Shown here in pieces: positions 17,391-28,055 of a DNA stretch of 64,000 nucleotides; within the stretch, counting starts at the first letter, position 1, and every line of letters starts with the position of its first letter. Location of the stretch: assembly GCA_964402965.1 (NCBI GenBank), contig CAYODY010000003.1:9846-73845 (forward strand), given 5' to 3'. The position numbers were made by a program, and so were the translations under genes. The stretch is from an uncultured Candidatus Saccharibacteria bacterium. GTDB lineage: Bacteria; Patescibacteriota; Doudnabacteria; UBA920. The notes beneath the pieces are model-generated. The model searched no databases, was not told the DNA's origin, and worked only from the letters and a program-made list of their open reading frames with translations.

Positions 17391-18926
17391 TTAAACGCTG
17401 GTGATTACTGTAATCTTTGCGCCAATGGAATTTAGTCTATCGGCAATTTCTTCGTACCCTCGTCTAATAGAATAGACATTTCGCAGAGTAGACGTTCCTT
17501 CTGCGGAAAGCATCGCTATTAAAATAATCATGGCAGGGCGAAGAGCGGGAGGGCAAACAACTTGTGCCGCCGTAAGTTTTGTCGGCCCTTCAATATAAGC
17601 GCGGTGAGGATCAGCAAGATTAACTTTAGCACCAAGTCTGTTTAATTCTGTAAAATAGATCGCCCTGTTTTCCCACATCCAGTCGTGAATTAAAGTTGTT
17701 CCTACAGCTTGTGTTGCAATTGGTACGAAGAATGGCAAGTTGTCTGTGTTTATTCCTGGGTAGGGAAGTGAATGGATTTTATCTGGAAGTGCTTTTAACT
17801 TAGAAGGTAAGACTGTAATATCTACTAAATCTGTGAATCCATTATTTGCTTTATATATTTTGGAGAGATTGAATTTTTGGCCCATTGCTTTTAATTTTTC
17901 AAGCTCAAGTCGCAAAAAGTCTATCGGACAACGTGTGATTTTTAATTTTGAGTGAGTAACTATTGCAGCGGAAATAAACATCATTGATTCAATAGGGTCT
18001 TCGCTATTTTCGTAAACAATTTTTTCGTTAAATTTTTCTTTTCCAGTAATAGTTAGAGTGGTTGTACCAACTCCTTCTATTTGCACGCCAAGTTTCTGTA
18101 GGAAAAAACAAACTTCTTGAACTTGGTAGTTAGGAGGCGCAAAGCGGATAATTGTTTTTTGAGGAATCTGAGCGGCAAGTAAGAGTGTGTTGATGGCGCT
18201 TGTGTCACCAGCTTCAAGAAGAGTTATGTCAGCACCAGCAAATTTACCATGACTAATTTCATAGTAGTTGTCCGTTGTTTTAATTTTTAAACCCAATGCG
18301 GTTAGTGCATGTTCATGGGCAGAAATGGTACGTTTGCCCATTTTACATCCGCCAGAGTGGGGGATGGAGAATTTTTCGAGTTGTTTTCCGAGAGCACCAA
18401 ATAGATATAGTCCAACACGAATTCTGCGGAAAGCATTTTCGTCTATATTTTTAAATGAATATTTTTTGGGAGGAGTTATTTCAACGGAATTTTTTTCTAT
18501 CCAGCGAATTTTTACACCAATACTTTGTAGTGCTTCAATGATTCTGTGCACTTCTTCTATTTGCGGAATTCCATTTAGAGTTGTTGTGTTTGCGTTAATT
18601 AACGCGGCGGCAATTAGTCCAATTGATCCATTTTTTGAATAGTTGGTTTGGACTGTGCCAGAAAGCTTGCGCGCACCTTCTATTTTAAAATCTACTGAAT
18701 CTGAGATAGAAACAATTTTATGTTCGAGTACCTCGCTAATTTTAGCTAGTTGTTCAAGGGTCATGTTTTGATCACCTTTTTCCATGCGAGCAACTGCACT
18801 TTGTGAGGTTTTTAATGCTTTGGCAAACTCTCCTTGAGTTAAGCCTCGTTGTTCTCTAAGTGACTTAATAAAGAACCCAATTTTAGTTTGGTCATTTTTA
18901 GAGTTTGATTTTTGATCTTTTTGCAT
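17391..18926 (-). CDS. murA: UDP-N-acetylglucosamine 1-carboxyvinyltransferase MurA with an N-terminal XRE-family HTH domain fusion
   Basis: Residues 15-70 are a Cro/C1-type HTH (LREQRGLTQGEFAKALKTSQSAVARMEKG). The remainder is MurA with active-site loop SGGCKMGKR and EPSP-synthase fold repeats. Confidence 0.8.
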   Translation of the reverse strand: MQKDQKSNSKNDQTKIGFFIKSLREQRGLTQGEFAKALKTSQSAVARMEKGDQNMTLEQLAKISEVLEHKIVSISDSVDFKIEGARKLSGTVQTNYSKNGSIGLIAAALINANTTTLNGIPQIEEVHRIIEALQSIGVKIRWIEKNSVEITPPKKYSFKNIDENAFRRIRVGLYLFGALGKQLEKFSIPHSGGCKMGKRTISAHEHALTALGLKIKTTDNYYEISHGKFAGADITLLEAGDTSAINTLLLAAQIPQKTIIRFAPPNYQVQEVCFFLQKLGVQIEGVGTTTLTITGKEKFNEKIVYENSEDPIESMMFISAAIVTHSKLKITRCPIDFLRLELEKLKAMGQKFNLSKIYKANNGFTDLVDITVLPSKLKALPDKIHSLPYPGINTDNLPFFVPIATQAVGTTLIHDWMWENRAIYFTELNRLGAKVNLADPHRAYIEGPTKLTAAQVVCPPALRPAMIILIAMLSAEGTSTLRNVYSIRRGYEEIADRLNSIGAKITVITSV

Positions 18927-18934
18927 AAGTTAAT

Positions 18935-18952
18935 TATATCACAAATGATATA
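18935..18952. promoter_or_regulatory. Perfect palindrome tATATCA-caaa-TGATATa in the murA-murB divergent intergenic region
   Basis: 7-4-7 inverted repeat located 9 nt upstream of the murA start and just upstream of the murB -10 (TATAAT 18967..18972). Candidate operator for the HTH-MurA. Confidence 0.4.
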
Positions 18953-18978
18953 TCTATTAGCTATGATATAATTCCCAT

Positions 18979-20010
18979 ATGATCATTCGCGAGCTTGTAG
19001 ACTTAAAACAATATACTACGTTCCGTATGGGCCCAAAGGCTAGGTTTTTCGCAGTTGTAGAGAAGGAAGAAAATTTACACGAAGCGTATGCTTTTGCTAA
19101 AGAAATAAATGTCCCAGTTGTTATATTGGGTTCAGGTTCAAACGTTTTACTTAAAGATAACGAAATATTAGAGGCTTTGGTGTTAAAAATAGAAATTCAT
19201 GGTTTTGAAGTTATAGAGGAGACAGATGTCAGTGTGAGTATTCGAGTTGGTGCAGGGGAAATTTGGGATAGCTTTGTTAAGCGTGCAGTGGAAATGAATT
19301 TTTCGGGAGTGGAAACGCTATCTGGCATACCTGGCACCGTTGGCGCCACACCAGTTCAAAACGTCGGAGCTTATGGTTCCGAGATTAAAGATGCATTGGT
19401 ATCTTTGGAGGCATACGAAATTGCAACAGGAAAACTTATTACCTTAACGAAAGAGGAGTGCCGGTTTGCATATCGAGACAGCATCTTTAAAAATGAAGCC
19501 AAAGGTAAATTTCTAATTACTTCAGTAACTTTTAAACTGCTGAAAACAGAACCAAAAATTCCAGCATACGCAGGAGTTTCAAACTATTTTGAAAAAAATA
19601 AAATAGCAAAACCAACTTTGCTAGAAATTCGCCAAGCTATTTTAGAAATTCGACAACAGAAACTACCAGATCCAAAAAACATTGCCTCGGTAGGTTCGTT
19701 CTTTAAAAATCCAATTATTAACTACGAGCAGTATTCAGAGTTGAAGAAGAACTACCCAAATGCTGTAACTTTTTCTTTGGATGACGGAAGTTTTAAGGTG
19801 AGCGCGGGTTGGTTACTAGAAAATCTTGGTTTAAAAGGTCAGGAGTTTAGCCATTTACAGTTTTATTCAAACAATGCATTGGTTTTGGTAAATGATGGAT
19901 CTGCAACTTTTTTAGAATTAGAGAAACTAGTTAAAACTGCGCAGAGTCAGGTACAAAATCGCTTTGGAATAGAACTAGAGATGGAACCCAATATTATTGG
20001 GAACAATTAA
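18979..20010 (+). CDS. murB: UDP-N-acetylenolpyruvoylglucosamine reductase MurB
   Basis: FAD-binding PCMH domain (VVILGSGSNVLL) and MurB C-terminal domain (SAGWLLE...GLKG). TATAAT lies 6 nt before the ATG, so the transcript is leaderless. Confidence 0.8.
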   Translation: MIIRELVDLKQYTTFRMGPKARFFAVVEKEENLHEAYAFAKEINVPVVILGSGSNVLLKDNEILEALVLKIEIHGFEVIEETDVSVSIRVGAGEIWDSFVKRAVEMNFSGVETLSGIPGTVGATPVQNVGAYGSEIKDALVSLEAYEIATGKLITLTKEECRFAYRDSIFKNEAKGKFLITSVTFKLLKTEPKIPAYAGVSNYFEKNKIAKPTLLEIRQAILEIRQQKLPDPKNIASVGSFFKNPIINYEQYSELKKNYPNAVTFSLDDGSFKVSAGWLLENLGLKGQEFSHLQFYSNNALVLVNDGSATFLELEKLVKTAQSQVQNRFGIELEMEPNIIGNN

Positions 20011-20726
20011 AAATTGTTTAGATTTTCTAGTTCTTCTATGTCTGCCCAAACAGGGAAGTGGTCAGAGAGTTTAACGTCTTTGTAAACACCATAACCTGTA
20101 ATCTTATAGTTGAGGGGGTAAATGGCGTCGAGTTGCCATGGTAATAGTCGGAAAGATCTTCCTGCTGAAGAATTACTAGTTTCAAAACCTTGTTCTTCCA
20201 AACTTGAATCTATGTGATCTTTCTGATTAGAAAGTCCAATTGGCATTAAATTTTTGTAAAATTTAATTGGGGCAGTATTAAAATCTCCAGCAAGAATTGC
20301 TGGGCTTTTTATTTCCTTTAAAACAGGGGAGAGTTGGTGAGCTCTTTCTTCTGGATTTAGACGAGTGTCCAAATGAACATTGCAGACTTGGATAGTATTG
20401 GAATCTATTATTACGTCGGAATGAACTGCAATTCTATTTCTTGGTTTAGGTCGCAGATTTTTTAAAGGCAAAGTTTGCACTTTGACGTTGTGAATTTTTC
20501 CATGACTGAGAATTGCCAAACCATGGGTTCCTGAAGACCGAAGCTCTCTTGCTGGAGTATAGACAGAATTGTATCCAAATTTTTTTGCTGTCTTTTTCGT
20601 ATATCCCTTTTCGTATTCTTCAATTTCTTGAAGTAAGATAATGTCTGCCGAGACACTTTTAAAAAACTGAAGTAATTCTTGAGTGAGAGGTTGGCAAGCA
20701 ATATTGAATGTAATTATACGGGGCAT
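20007..20726 (-). CDS. Endonuclease/exonuclease/phosphatase (EEP) family protein
   Basis: EEP motifs (ILLQE, NVHLD, SDHFPV). Confidence 0.65.
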   Translation of the reverse strand: MPRIITFNIACQPLTQELLQFFKSVSADIILLQEIEEYEKGYTKKTAKKFGYNSVYTPARELRSSGTHGLAILSHGKIHNVKVQTLPLKNLRPKPRNRIAVHSDVIIDSNTIQVCNVHLDTRLNPEERAHQLSPVLKEIKSPAILAGDFNTAPIKFYKNLMPIGLSNQKDHIDSSLEEQGFETSNSSAGRSFRLLPWQLDAIYPLNYKITGYGVYKDVKLSDHFPVWADIEELENLNNF

Positions 20727-20899
20727 ATGTCTATTATTTGTGCTATTAGAATAGCAAAAAATGACTAATTTTGCGATTTCCTGTCTTATTTAGAGGTTAT
20801 TCTAAGGGTGATTCCAATAATCTTTATTTCGCTCATAATTTCGCCCATATTTTGCTCAATTGTTTAGCTGAAAACGATTTAATGCGGTATAATATGATA

Positions 20900-22367
<1,468 letters not shown>

Positions 22368-22384
<17 letters not shown>

Positions 22385-23219
22385 CTATACAATTTTTAAG
22401 CAGGGAAGTACTACTTTCTTTACTGCTAGTCTATTTTTTCCAAAACAAATTCGCAAGGATGTTTTTAGTTTATACGCTTTTGTTCGTGTGTTTGATGATT
22501 TTGTAGACAATATTCCCCAACAATCTGAAGAATATTTTAACTTAAAAAATGAATATTTAGAAAAACTCACTTCTGGTGACTCAAGTAAAACTGTTAATCA
22601 GCATAGTAACTTTGAACTCTCTTTGGTAGTAGATGACTTTATTGAACTGCAAAGAAAGTGTCACTTTGAGCAATCGTGGGTAGATAGTTTTTTTGAATCA
22701 ATGGAGATGGATTTACAAAAGACTGATTACTTAACAATACAAGAAACTGAAAAGTATATGTATGGTTCAGCAGAGGTTATTGGTTTAATGATGTCTAAAA
22801 TTCTAAAGCTAAGCCCAGAAAGTTTTGAGTACGCACAAAAGTTAGGAAAAGCTTTTCAGTTTATGAATATGATTCGAGATGTTGCAGAAGATGTATCTTT
22901 TGGTAGAAAGTATTTACCAACAGAAGACTTAACTACTTTTGGTTTACAAAGTTTGTCTGAACAAGACGCAGTTGAACACCCAGAGCAGTTTAAAAAATTC
23001 ATCAATTTTCAGATCAGCAGATACAGAAAATGGCGGGAGGAGGCAGAGCAAGGGTTTAAATATATTCCGCGACAGTATCTAATTCCAATTAAAGCGGCAG
23101 TAGAAATGTTTGACTATACTATAGATGAAGTTCAAAAAGATCCGTTGCAAATTTGGAAAAAGAAAATTAAACCTACAAAACTTCGAGCTATTTTAACAAC
23201 CTTAAAACAATTTATCTAA
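22368..23219 (+). CDS. crtB: Phytoene synthase (CrtB; squalene/phytoene synthase family)
   Basis: SFYLAS-like N-terminus and the YAFVRVFDDFVDN (DxxxD) motif. Overlaps crtI by 17 nt. Confidence 0.75.
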
Positions 23220-23222
23220 ACC

Positions 23223-24281
23223 ATGAACCCTTATTTTAAAACAAAAAAAATTCTTCTTGAAAAAGAAATTACTTCTACTATTAGTGCATTAAAAAAAACA
23301 TCTCAAGCCGATTACGTTTGGAGTAAATCAGCCTTAAATAGATTTGAGAAATTTATTTTGCCAGGTAAAATGATTCGCGGTCTCTTGGTCATGCTATCAG
23401 CAGGGGATGGGAAAAATAATGTAGAGCAGGATGCAATTAAAATTGGAACAGCTTTAGAAATAATGCATTCAGGTATTTTAATTCATGACGATATTATAGA
23501 TAGAGATTCTAAGCGTCGTGGTTTACCAACGATGCACTATCAATATAGCCAAATGGCAAAAAAGCTGTCTGAGAAAGAAGCTTTGCACTATGGTGAAGGC
23601 ATGGCTAGTTGCATTGGAATTATTGGGTATTTTATGGCAATTGGACAGTTTGCCAAGCTAAAGAATGTTGCAGTACAAAATCAGTTGCTCTCGTTATTTA
23701 GTAGTGAGATGGCTCTGCTTGGACTTGGTCAGATGGACGACTTAGATACAGGTACAATGCATGCAGTAAATGAATTAGATTGTCTGCGTATTTATGAGCA
23801 AAAGACCGGTAGATATACTTTCGGATTACCAATTCTTGCCGGGCTAACTTTAGCAGGGAAGATGAACGCGAAAACAGAAAAGTTGGTATATGAAATTTCT
23901 AAATCTTTGGGAATAATTTTCCAACTTAGAGATGACTATTTAGGAATTTTTGGAGATCATAAAAAGACTGGGAAATCTGTTGGGGGAGATATTGTAGAAA
24001 GGAAAAAAACTTGGTTTTACTTTACTACTTTAAAAGTAGCGAATAAACAAGATGCAAAGAAGCTTCGCGAGCTGTACAATAACCACAAGACTATTAATTC
24101 AAAAGACAAAAAATGGGTTTTGCAAATTATGGAGCAGTACAATTTGCCTGAGCTTGCGAAAACAGAATTAAATTCCCAGAAATTAATAGCGTTAGATATT
24201 TTAGGAAAACTTCCGTTTAGTACTAAACAAAAAAGTATAATGCAAGATTTAGTAGAGCAATTAATTACTCGAGTAAAATGA
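23223..24281 (+). CDS. Polyprenyl synthetase (GGPP synthase-like, CrtE/IdsA family)
   Basis: First DDxxD motif (LIHDDIIDRD) and second (FQLRDDYLGIFGD) of trans-isoprenyl diphosphate synthases. Confidence 0.75.
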   Translation: MNPYFKTKKILLEKEITSTISALKKTSQADYVWSKSALNRFEKFILPGKMIRGLLVMLSAGDGKNNVEQDAIKIGTALEIMHSGILIHDDIIDRDSKRRGLPTMHYQYSQMAKKLSEKEALHYGEGMASCIGIIGYFMAIGQFAKLKNVAVQNQLLSLFSSEMALLGLGQMDDLDTGTMHAVNELDCLRIYEQKTGRYTFGLPILAGLTLAGKMNAKTEKLVYEISKSLGIIFQLRDDYLGIFGDHKKTGKSVGGDIVERKKTWFYFTTLKVANKQDAKKLRELYNNHKTINSKDKKWVLQIMEQYNLPELAKTELNSQKLIALDILGKLPFSTKQKSIMQDLVEQLITRVK

Positions 24282-25174
24282 TGTTACAAAAAATAATAAA
24301 AATATCTCGCCCAAGGTTTTGGATTTATTTACTTGGACCATTTCTTTTTGGTTCTGCGGCGGCGTATAATAAAACACTATCTTTGGATTTATTTACCCAC
24401 CCAGCATTTTGGATCTTTCTGTTTATCTTTTTGATTTTTGGAAACTACTTTATTTATGGAATCAACGATTACTACGACTTTGATACAGATCAGCATAACG
24501 CAAAAAAAGATGAACTGACGGGTAAGGAGTACAGGCTTGCACCGGAAGATAAAAGCTGGTTGAAGTATAGTGTTTATACAGTTTGGGTATTCGCTTTCTT
24601 TGGTGTTTATTACATTTGGCAACAAGGGGTAGCTAATCCAAATATATGGTTAGCCATAGCAGTTTGGGTAAGCTTTTGGTTCATTGGCTATGCTTACAGT
24701 ACTCCTCCAATACGTTTTAAGGCGCGAAGGCTGGTGGACTCATTAAGCAATGGTTATTACGCATTTCCAGGCTTGTTCATATACATATTCTTAACAGGCG
24801 AGTCAGTGTCGTGGGAAGTTTTCTTTGCAGTCATTTTGTGGAATGCAGGAATGCATTTTTATAGTGCAATTCCAGATATTCAAGCAGATACAAAAGCAGG
24901 GCTAAATACCAGCGCGATGTTTTTTGGATTCAGAAAATCGCTATTTGTTTCGTCACTGGTTTGGTTAGCAAGTTTAGTTTTGATTTTACTAAGTATGAGT
25001 TTTACTGGCAATGCAATGCTAGTCATAGTAGCGATAGGATTAGTGTACGTGTTCTTGCCTTTATTTTCCTTAAGTTCAAAACCTAAGTATGCGATTGAGA
25101 AGCTGTATTGGTATTTCCCGTATATAAATTTAATCAGTGGATTCATTCTTTTTTGGCTCATTGTTACTAGATAG
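24278..25174 (+). CDS. UbiA-family prenyltransferase (candidate lycopene elongase or carotenoid prenyltransferase)
   Basis: Polytopic membrane protein with the UbiA motif NDYYDFDTD. ATGA-coupled to the polyprenyl synthetase gene in the carotenoid cluster. Confidence 0.6.
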   Translation: MMLQKIIKISRPRFWIYLLGPFLFGSAAAYNKTLSLDLFTHPAFWIFLFIFLIFGNYFIYGINDYYDFDTDQHNAKKDELTGKEYRLAPEDKSWLKYSVYTVWVFAFFGVYYIWQQGVANPNIWLAIAVWVSFWFIGYAYSTPPIRFKARRLVDSLSNGYYAFPGLFIYIFLTGESVSWEVFFAVILWNAGMHFYSAIPDIQADTKAGLNTSAMFFGFRKSLFVSSLVWLASLVLILLSMSFTGNAMLVIVAIGLVYVFLPLFSLSSKPKYAIEKLYWYFPYINLISGFILFWLIVTR

Positions 25175-25203
25175 AAAAAACCGCCTAATGGCGGTTTTTT
25201 TAT
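25175..25203. terminator. Bidirectional intrinsic terminator (A6-CCGCC-taat-GGCGG-T7)
   Basis: Hairpin with flanking A-run and T-run, between convergent genes. Confidence 0.65.
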
Positions 25204-25233
25204 TTGGGTGGGGTGGTGGAAGAAGTGCAACTG

Positions 25234-25551
25234 TTATTCTATCCAACTCATTTTGCAATATTTATTAAAATCAATCAGGTTGACTGGATTGTAAAGTAAT
25301 TCGTAAGCAGTACCGCCCATATGACCAACTTTTTCAAAAGATTTTTTTACTTTGATCTGTTGTGTACAAACATATCCCACAGAACCTTGATTGATTTCTT
25401 TAGTATCCATATAGGTAGGTGAAAAAGTGTACTTAAAGAATGATACTATAGCAATAGTCGGTCCAGGCGCAATCTTTACTAGCGCAAAAAGTAAAATAGG
25501 TAATCCCATGCATATAGCTAGCGTAATTAAAACAATTTTTAGAATTCGCAT
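25234..25551 (-). CDS. Small membrane protein (N-terminal TM helix)
   Basis: Start set at MRILKIVLITLAI. Upstream ORF-track extension lacks coding character. Confidence 0.35.
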   Translation of the reverse strand: MRILKIVLITLAICMGLPILLFALVKIAPGPTIAIVSFFKYTFSPTYMDTKEINQGSVGYVCTQQIKVKKSFEKVGHMGGTAYELLYNPVNLIDFNKYCKMSWIE

Positions 25552-25570
25552 ATTTAAATTATAACAAATA

Positions 25571-25596
25571 ACCGCCTTACTAGTTAGGCGGTTTTT
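25571..25596. terminator. Hairpin terminator (ACCGCCTTAC-tagt-TAGGCGGT-T5)
   Basis: Located downstream of the SET-domain gene stop, between two minus-strand genes. Confidence 0.45.
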
Positions 25597-25630
25597 AAAT
25601 GGGGTGGCATAGTGGGGGATGTGACAACTA

Positions 25631-26023
25631 TTATTTGTAGAAGTCTTCACGTGCTTCCTGTGGTTCTTCAAGGATGTTGTAGTTTATCAGAATTTCTTCA
25701 CCAGCTTTAATATCTCGTCTGGCGTACCATTTATAATCATCATCTCGAAATGTATTTGCATCTTGGGAGTGATTTAAGTACCACCCAACAGGCATCGCCG
25801 AAAAATCTTTAGGACAAATTAATTTATCACCTCTATTCATACAGTATTGCTGGAATATCTCAGGAATATCTTTTGCCTCACGTTCTATTGATCTCTGAGA
25901 TAAACTATTTTCTTGCCCAAACAGTTTCAAATGTGTTCTTTTATCAATATCATGTACTGCAAATACTCCAATTCCATGATTGGATGGTTTTAATAGAAAA
26001 GAAAATTCATTAGTGAAGTTCAT
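25631..26023 (-). CDS. SET-domain protein (putative protein-lysine methyltransferase)
   Basis: SET signatures HGIGVFAVHDIDKRTHLKLFG, YLNHSQDAN (NHSxxxN) and AGEEILINY (GEELxxxY). Start at MNFTNEF avoids overlap with tRNA-His. Confidence 0.65.
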   Translation of the reverse strand: MNFTNEFSFLLKPSNHGIGVFAVHDIDKRTHLKLFGQENSLSQRSIEREAKDIPEIFQQYCMNRGDKLICPKDFSAMPVGWYLNHSQDANTFRDDDYKWYARRDIKAGEEILINYNILEEPQEAREDFYK

Positions 26024-26070
26024 AGTATTAATATAACAAAAAACACCTGCTATTAACAGATGTGTTTTGA

Positions 26071-26146
26071 TGGGGTGGCCGACGGGATTCGAACCCGCGA
26101 CATCCGCTGCCACAGAGCGGCGCTCTACCACTGAACTACGGCCACC
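26071..26146 (-). tRNA. tRNA-His (anticodon GTG) with genomically encoded G-1 and CCA
   Basis: Reverse complement reads G-GTGGCCG-TA-GTTCAGTGGTAGAGC-G-CCGCT-CTGTGGC-AGCGG...GGGTTCGAATCCCGT-CGGCCAC-C-CCA. Confidence 0.85.
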
Positions 26147-26254
26147 ATATTTAGTTTTGGACTAAAATAAAAACCCTTGCACAGGGTAATAGGCAAAATA
26201 TCTGCTGTGTCAGATAGGATGTAAATTCTTATTAAATCCAAGAGTATTATAGCG

Positions 26255-26290
26255 AAAAAAAAGACACTACGTCAATATAGTGTCTTTTTG
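26255..26290. terminator. Bidirectional terminator (A8-GACACTACG-tcaata-TAGTGTC-T5)
   Basis: Hairpin immediately after the helicase stop at 26294 (minus strand). Confidence 0.55.
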
Positions 26291-26293
26291 AAT

Positions 26294-28015
26294 TTAATCT
26301 TCGTCGTACGACTTTTTGCTCATGAAGAAACCGTTTGAACTTGGAGATATCTTTTTCAGTGATGCAGGCGCTGGTTTGCGACCGCGCTCGTACTCTGACC
26401 ATTTCTTATTTCTACCACGAGCCCCTGTATTGGCATTTTTATTTGTTCTACTTGCCCCAGCAGGTCTAGATCCAGCAGGTTTAGAAGGTGAAGAAAATCT
26501 TGGTGCTGGTGCTGTAAAACGTCCTTGTGAGCTTGGTTTTGAAGTTGGAGAGCTAGATCGTTGTCCATAGCTTGAACGTTTGGTGTAACTAGAAGCAGAG
26601 CTTGGAGCAGAAGATGGTCTGCCACTTGGACGGCCACCAAAGCTTGGACGTGAACCACGGCCACTGCTTGGTCTGCCACCAAAGCTTGGTTTGCCATCAC
26701 CTGTAGGACGGCCACCACTAGATCGTGAATCACGACCACTTGGACGCCCGCCAAAGCTTGGACGTGAACCACGATTACCACGAAGACCTCGGTCGTCTCT
26801 ATCGCTAGGTAGAGTAGTAGATGCTAGTCTTTCTAATTTAGGAGTTTGGGAAACCGGCAATGCTTTTTTGATCAATCGTTCAATTATGTTAACGTCGCGT
26901 TTTTGATCATGAGTAGCGAAAGAAATTGCATGACCTTTCATGCTTGCACGCCCTGTACGACCAATACGGTGTACATAATCTTCTGCTTGGTCTGGCAAGT
27001 CGTAGTTTAAAACAAGTTCAATTCCTGTTACATCAATTCCACGAGCGGCAATGTCTGTAGCAACTAGGACGCGGTATTTACCATCTTTAAAACCTTTTAA
27101 TGCTTCAAGACGTTGATTCAAAGAACGATTTGAGTGAATCTCGGTTGAGTTAATACCCATGGCACGAACATCGCGCGCAATCTTTTTTGCTCCGTATTTA
27201 GTACGAGAGAAAACTAAAACAGTACCTTTGTATTCACTTAAAATCTTTTTAAGTAGAGCAAGTTTTTCGCCACGGTCTAAGAAGAATATTTCTTGAGACA
27301 CAGAAGCGGAAGCTTGTCCTGCTGGAGCAACTTCAACACGAAGAGGGGATTGCATATATGAATTTGCAATCTTTACTATTTCGTGAGGCATCGTCGCAGA
27401 GAACAACATTGTTTGCCTAGTTTTTGGAACACTTTCTAGTACTTTTTTAATCTGAGGAGCGAATCCCATGTCTAACATGCGATCAGCTTCATCAAGAACT
27501 AAAACTCTAGTTTTAGAAAGGTTTACACTTTTCTTTTCTAAGTGATCAATTAAACGTCCTGGGGTAGCAATTATTATGTGCGGTTCTTTTCTTAGCGCCA
27601 TAAGTTGGCGGCCGATGTTTTCACCACCAATTAAAATAGCGGTTTTTAAACCGATAGATGTTCCTATTTTCTTTAGTGTTTCGTTAACTTGCAAAGCAAG
27701 TTCGCGAGTTGGAAGAACTACTAATCCAATACTCCCTTTGTGTTCGGCAAGGCGTTGGATCATTGGAATTCCGAAGGCAAGAGTCTTACCGGTTCCTGTT
27801 TGAGCAATCCCCATTAAGTCACTTCCAGAAAGTGCAGGAGGGATTGATTGTTCTTGAATTGGTGTAGGAGTAACAAATTTATGCTGTTTGAGAATGCTAA
27901 GTAATTTTGGTGCAATCCCTAAATCATCAAAAGTTTTACGACCGCTACTGTTTGTCAGTGTGCCACTTAATTTATTGGCATCAGTCTTTGTCTGAGTCTT
28001 TGGTTGAGTTTTCAT
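26294..28015 (-). CDS. DEAD-box ATP-dependent RNA helicase with a long Gly/Arg/Ser/Pro-rich C-terminal tail
   Basis: Q-motif and motifs I (AQTGTGKT), II (DEAD), III (SAT) and VI (HRIGRTGR). C-terminal 170 aa are low-complexity GGRPS / RGG-like repeats. Confidence 0.85.
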   Translation of the reverse strand: MKTQPKTQTKTDANKLSGTLTNSSGRKTFDDLGIAPKLLSILKQHKFVTPTPIQEQSIPPALSGSDLMGIAQTGTGKTLAFGIPMIQRLAEHKGSIGLVVLPTRELALQVNETLKKIGTSIGLKTAILIGGENIGRQLMALRKEPHIIIATPGRLIDHLEKKSVNLSKTRVLVLDEADRMLDMGFAPQIKKVLESVPKTRQTMLFSATMPHEIVKIANSYMQSPLRVEVAPAGQASASVSQEIFFLDRGEKLALLKKILSEYKGTVLVFSRTKYGAKKIARDVRAMGINSTEIHSNRSLNQRLEALKGFKDGKYRVLVATDIAARGIDVTGIELVLNYDLPDQAEDYVHRIGRTGRASMKGHAISFATHDQKRDVNIIERLIKKALPVSQTPKLERLASTTLPSDRDDRGLRGNRGSRPSFGGRPSGRDSRSSGGRPTGDGKPSFGGRPSSGRGSRPSFGGRPSGRPSSAPSSASSYTKRSSYGQRSSSPTSKPSSQGRFTAPAPRFSSPSKPAGSRPAGASRTNKNANTGARGRNKKWSEYERGRKPAPASLKKISPSSNGFFMSKKSYDED

Positions 28016-28055
28016 TTTATTATTTTATCACAAAAGTTTGATTTTGGCAAGTGTG

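Noticed and set aside
26316-26906. Several ORFs (26316..26570, 26356..26781, 26691..26906) inside the helicase C-terminal tail region
   Set aside because: Alternative frames of the GGN/CGN-rich repeat encoding the RGG-like tail produce long open frames by composition alone.
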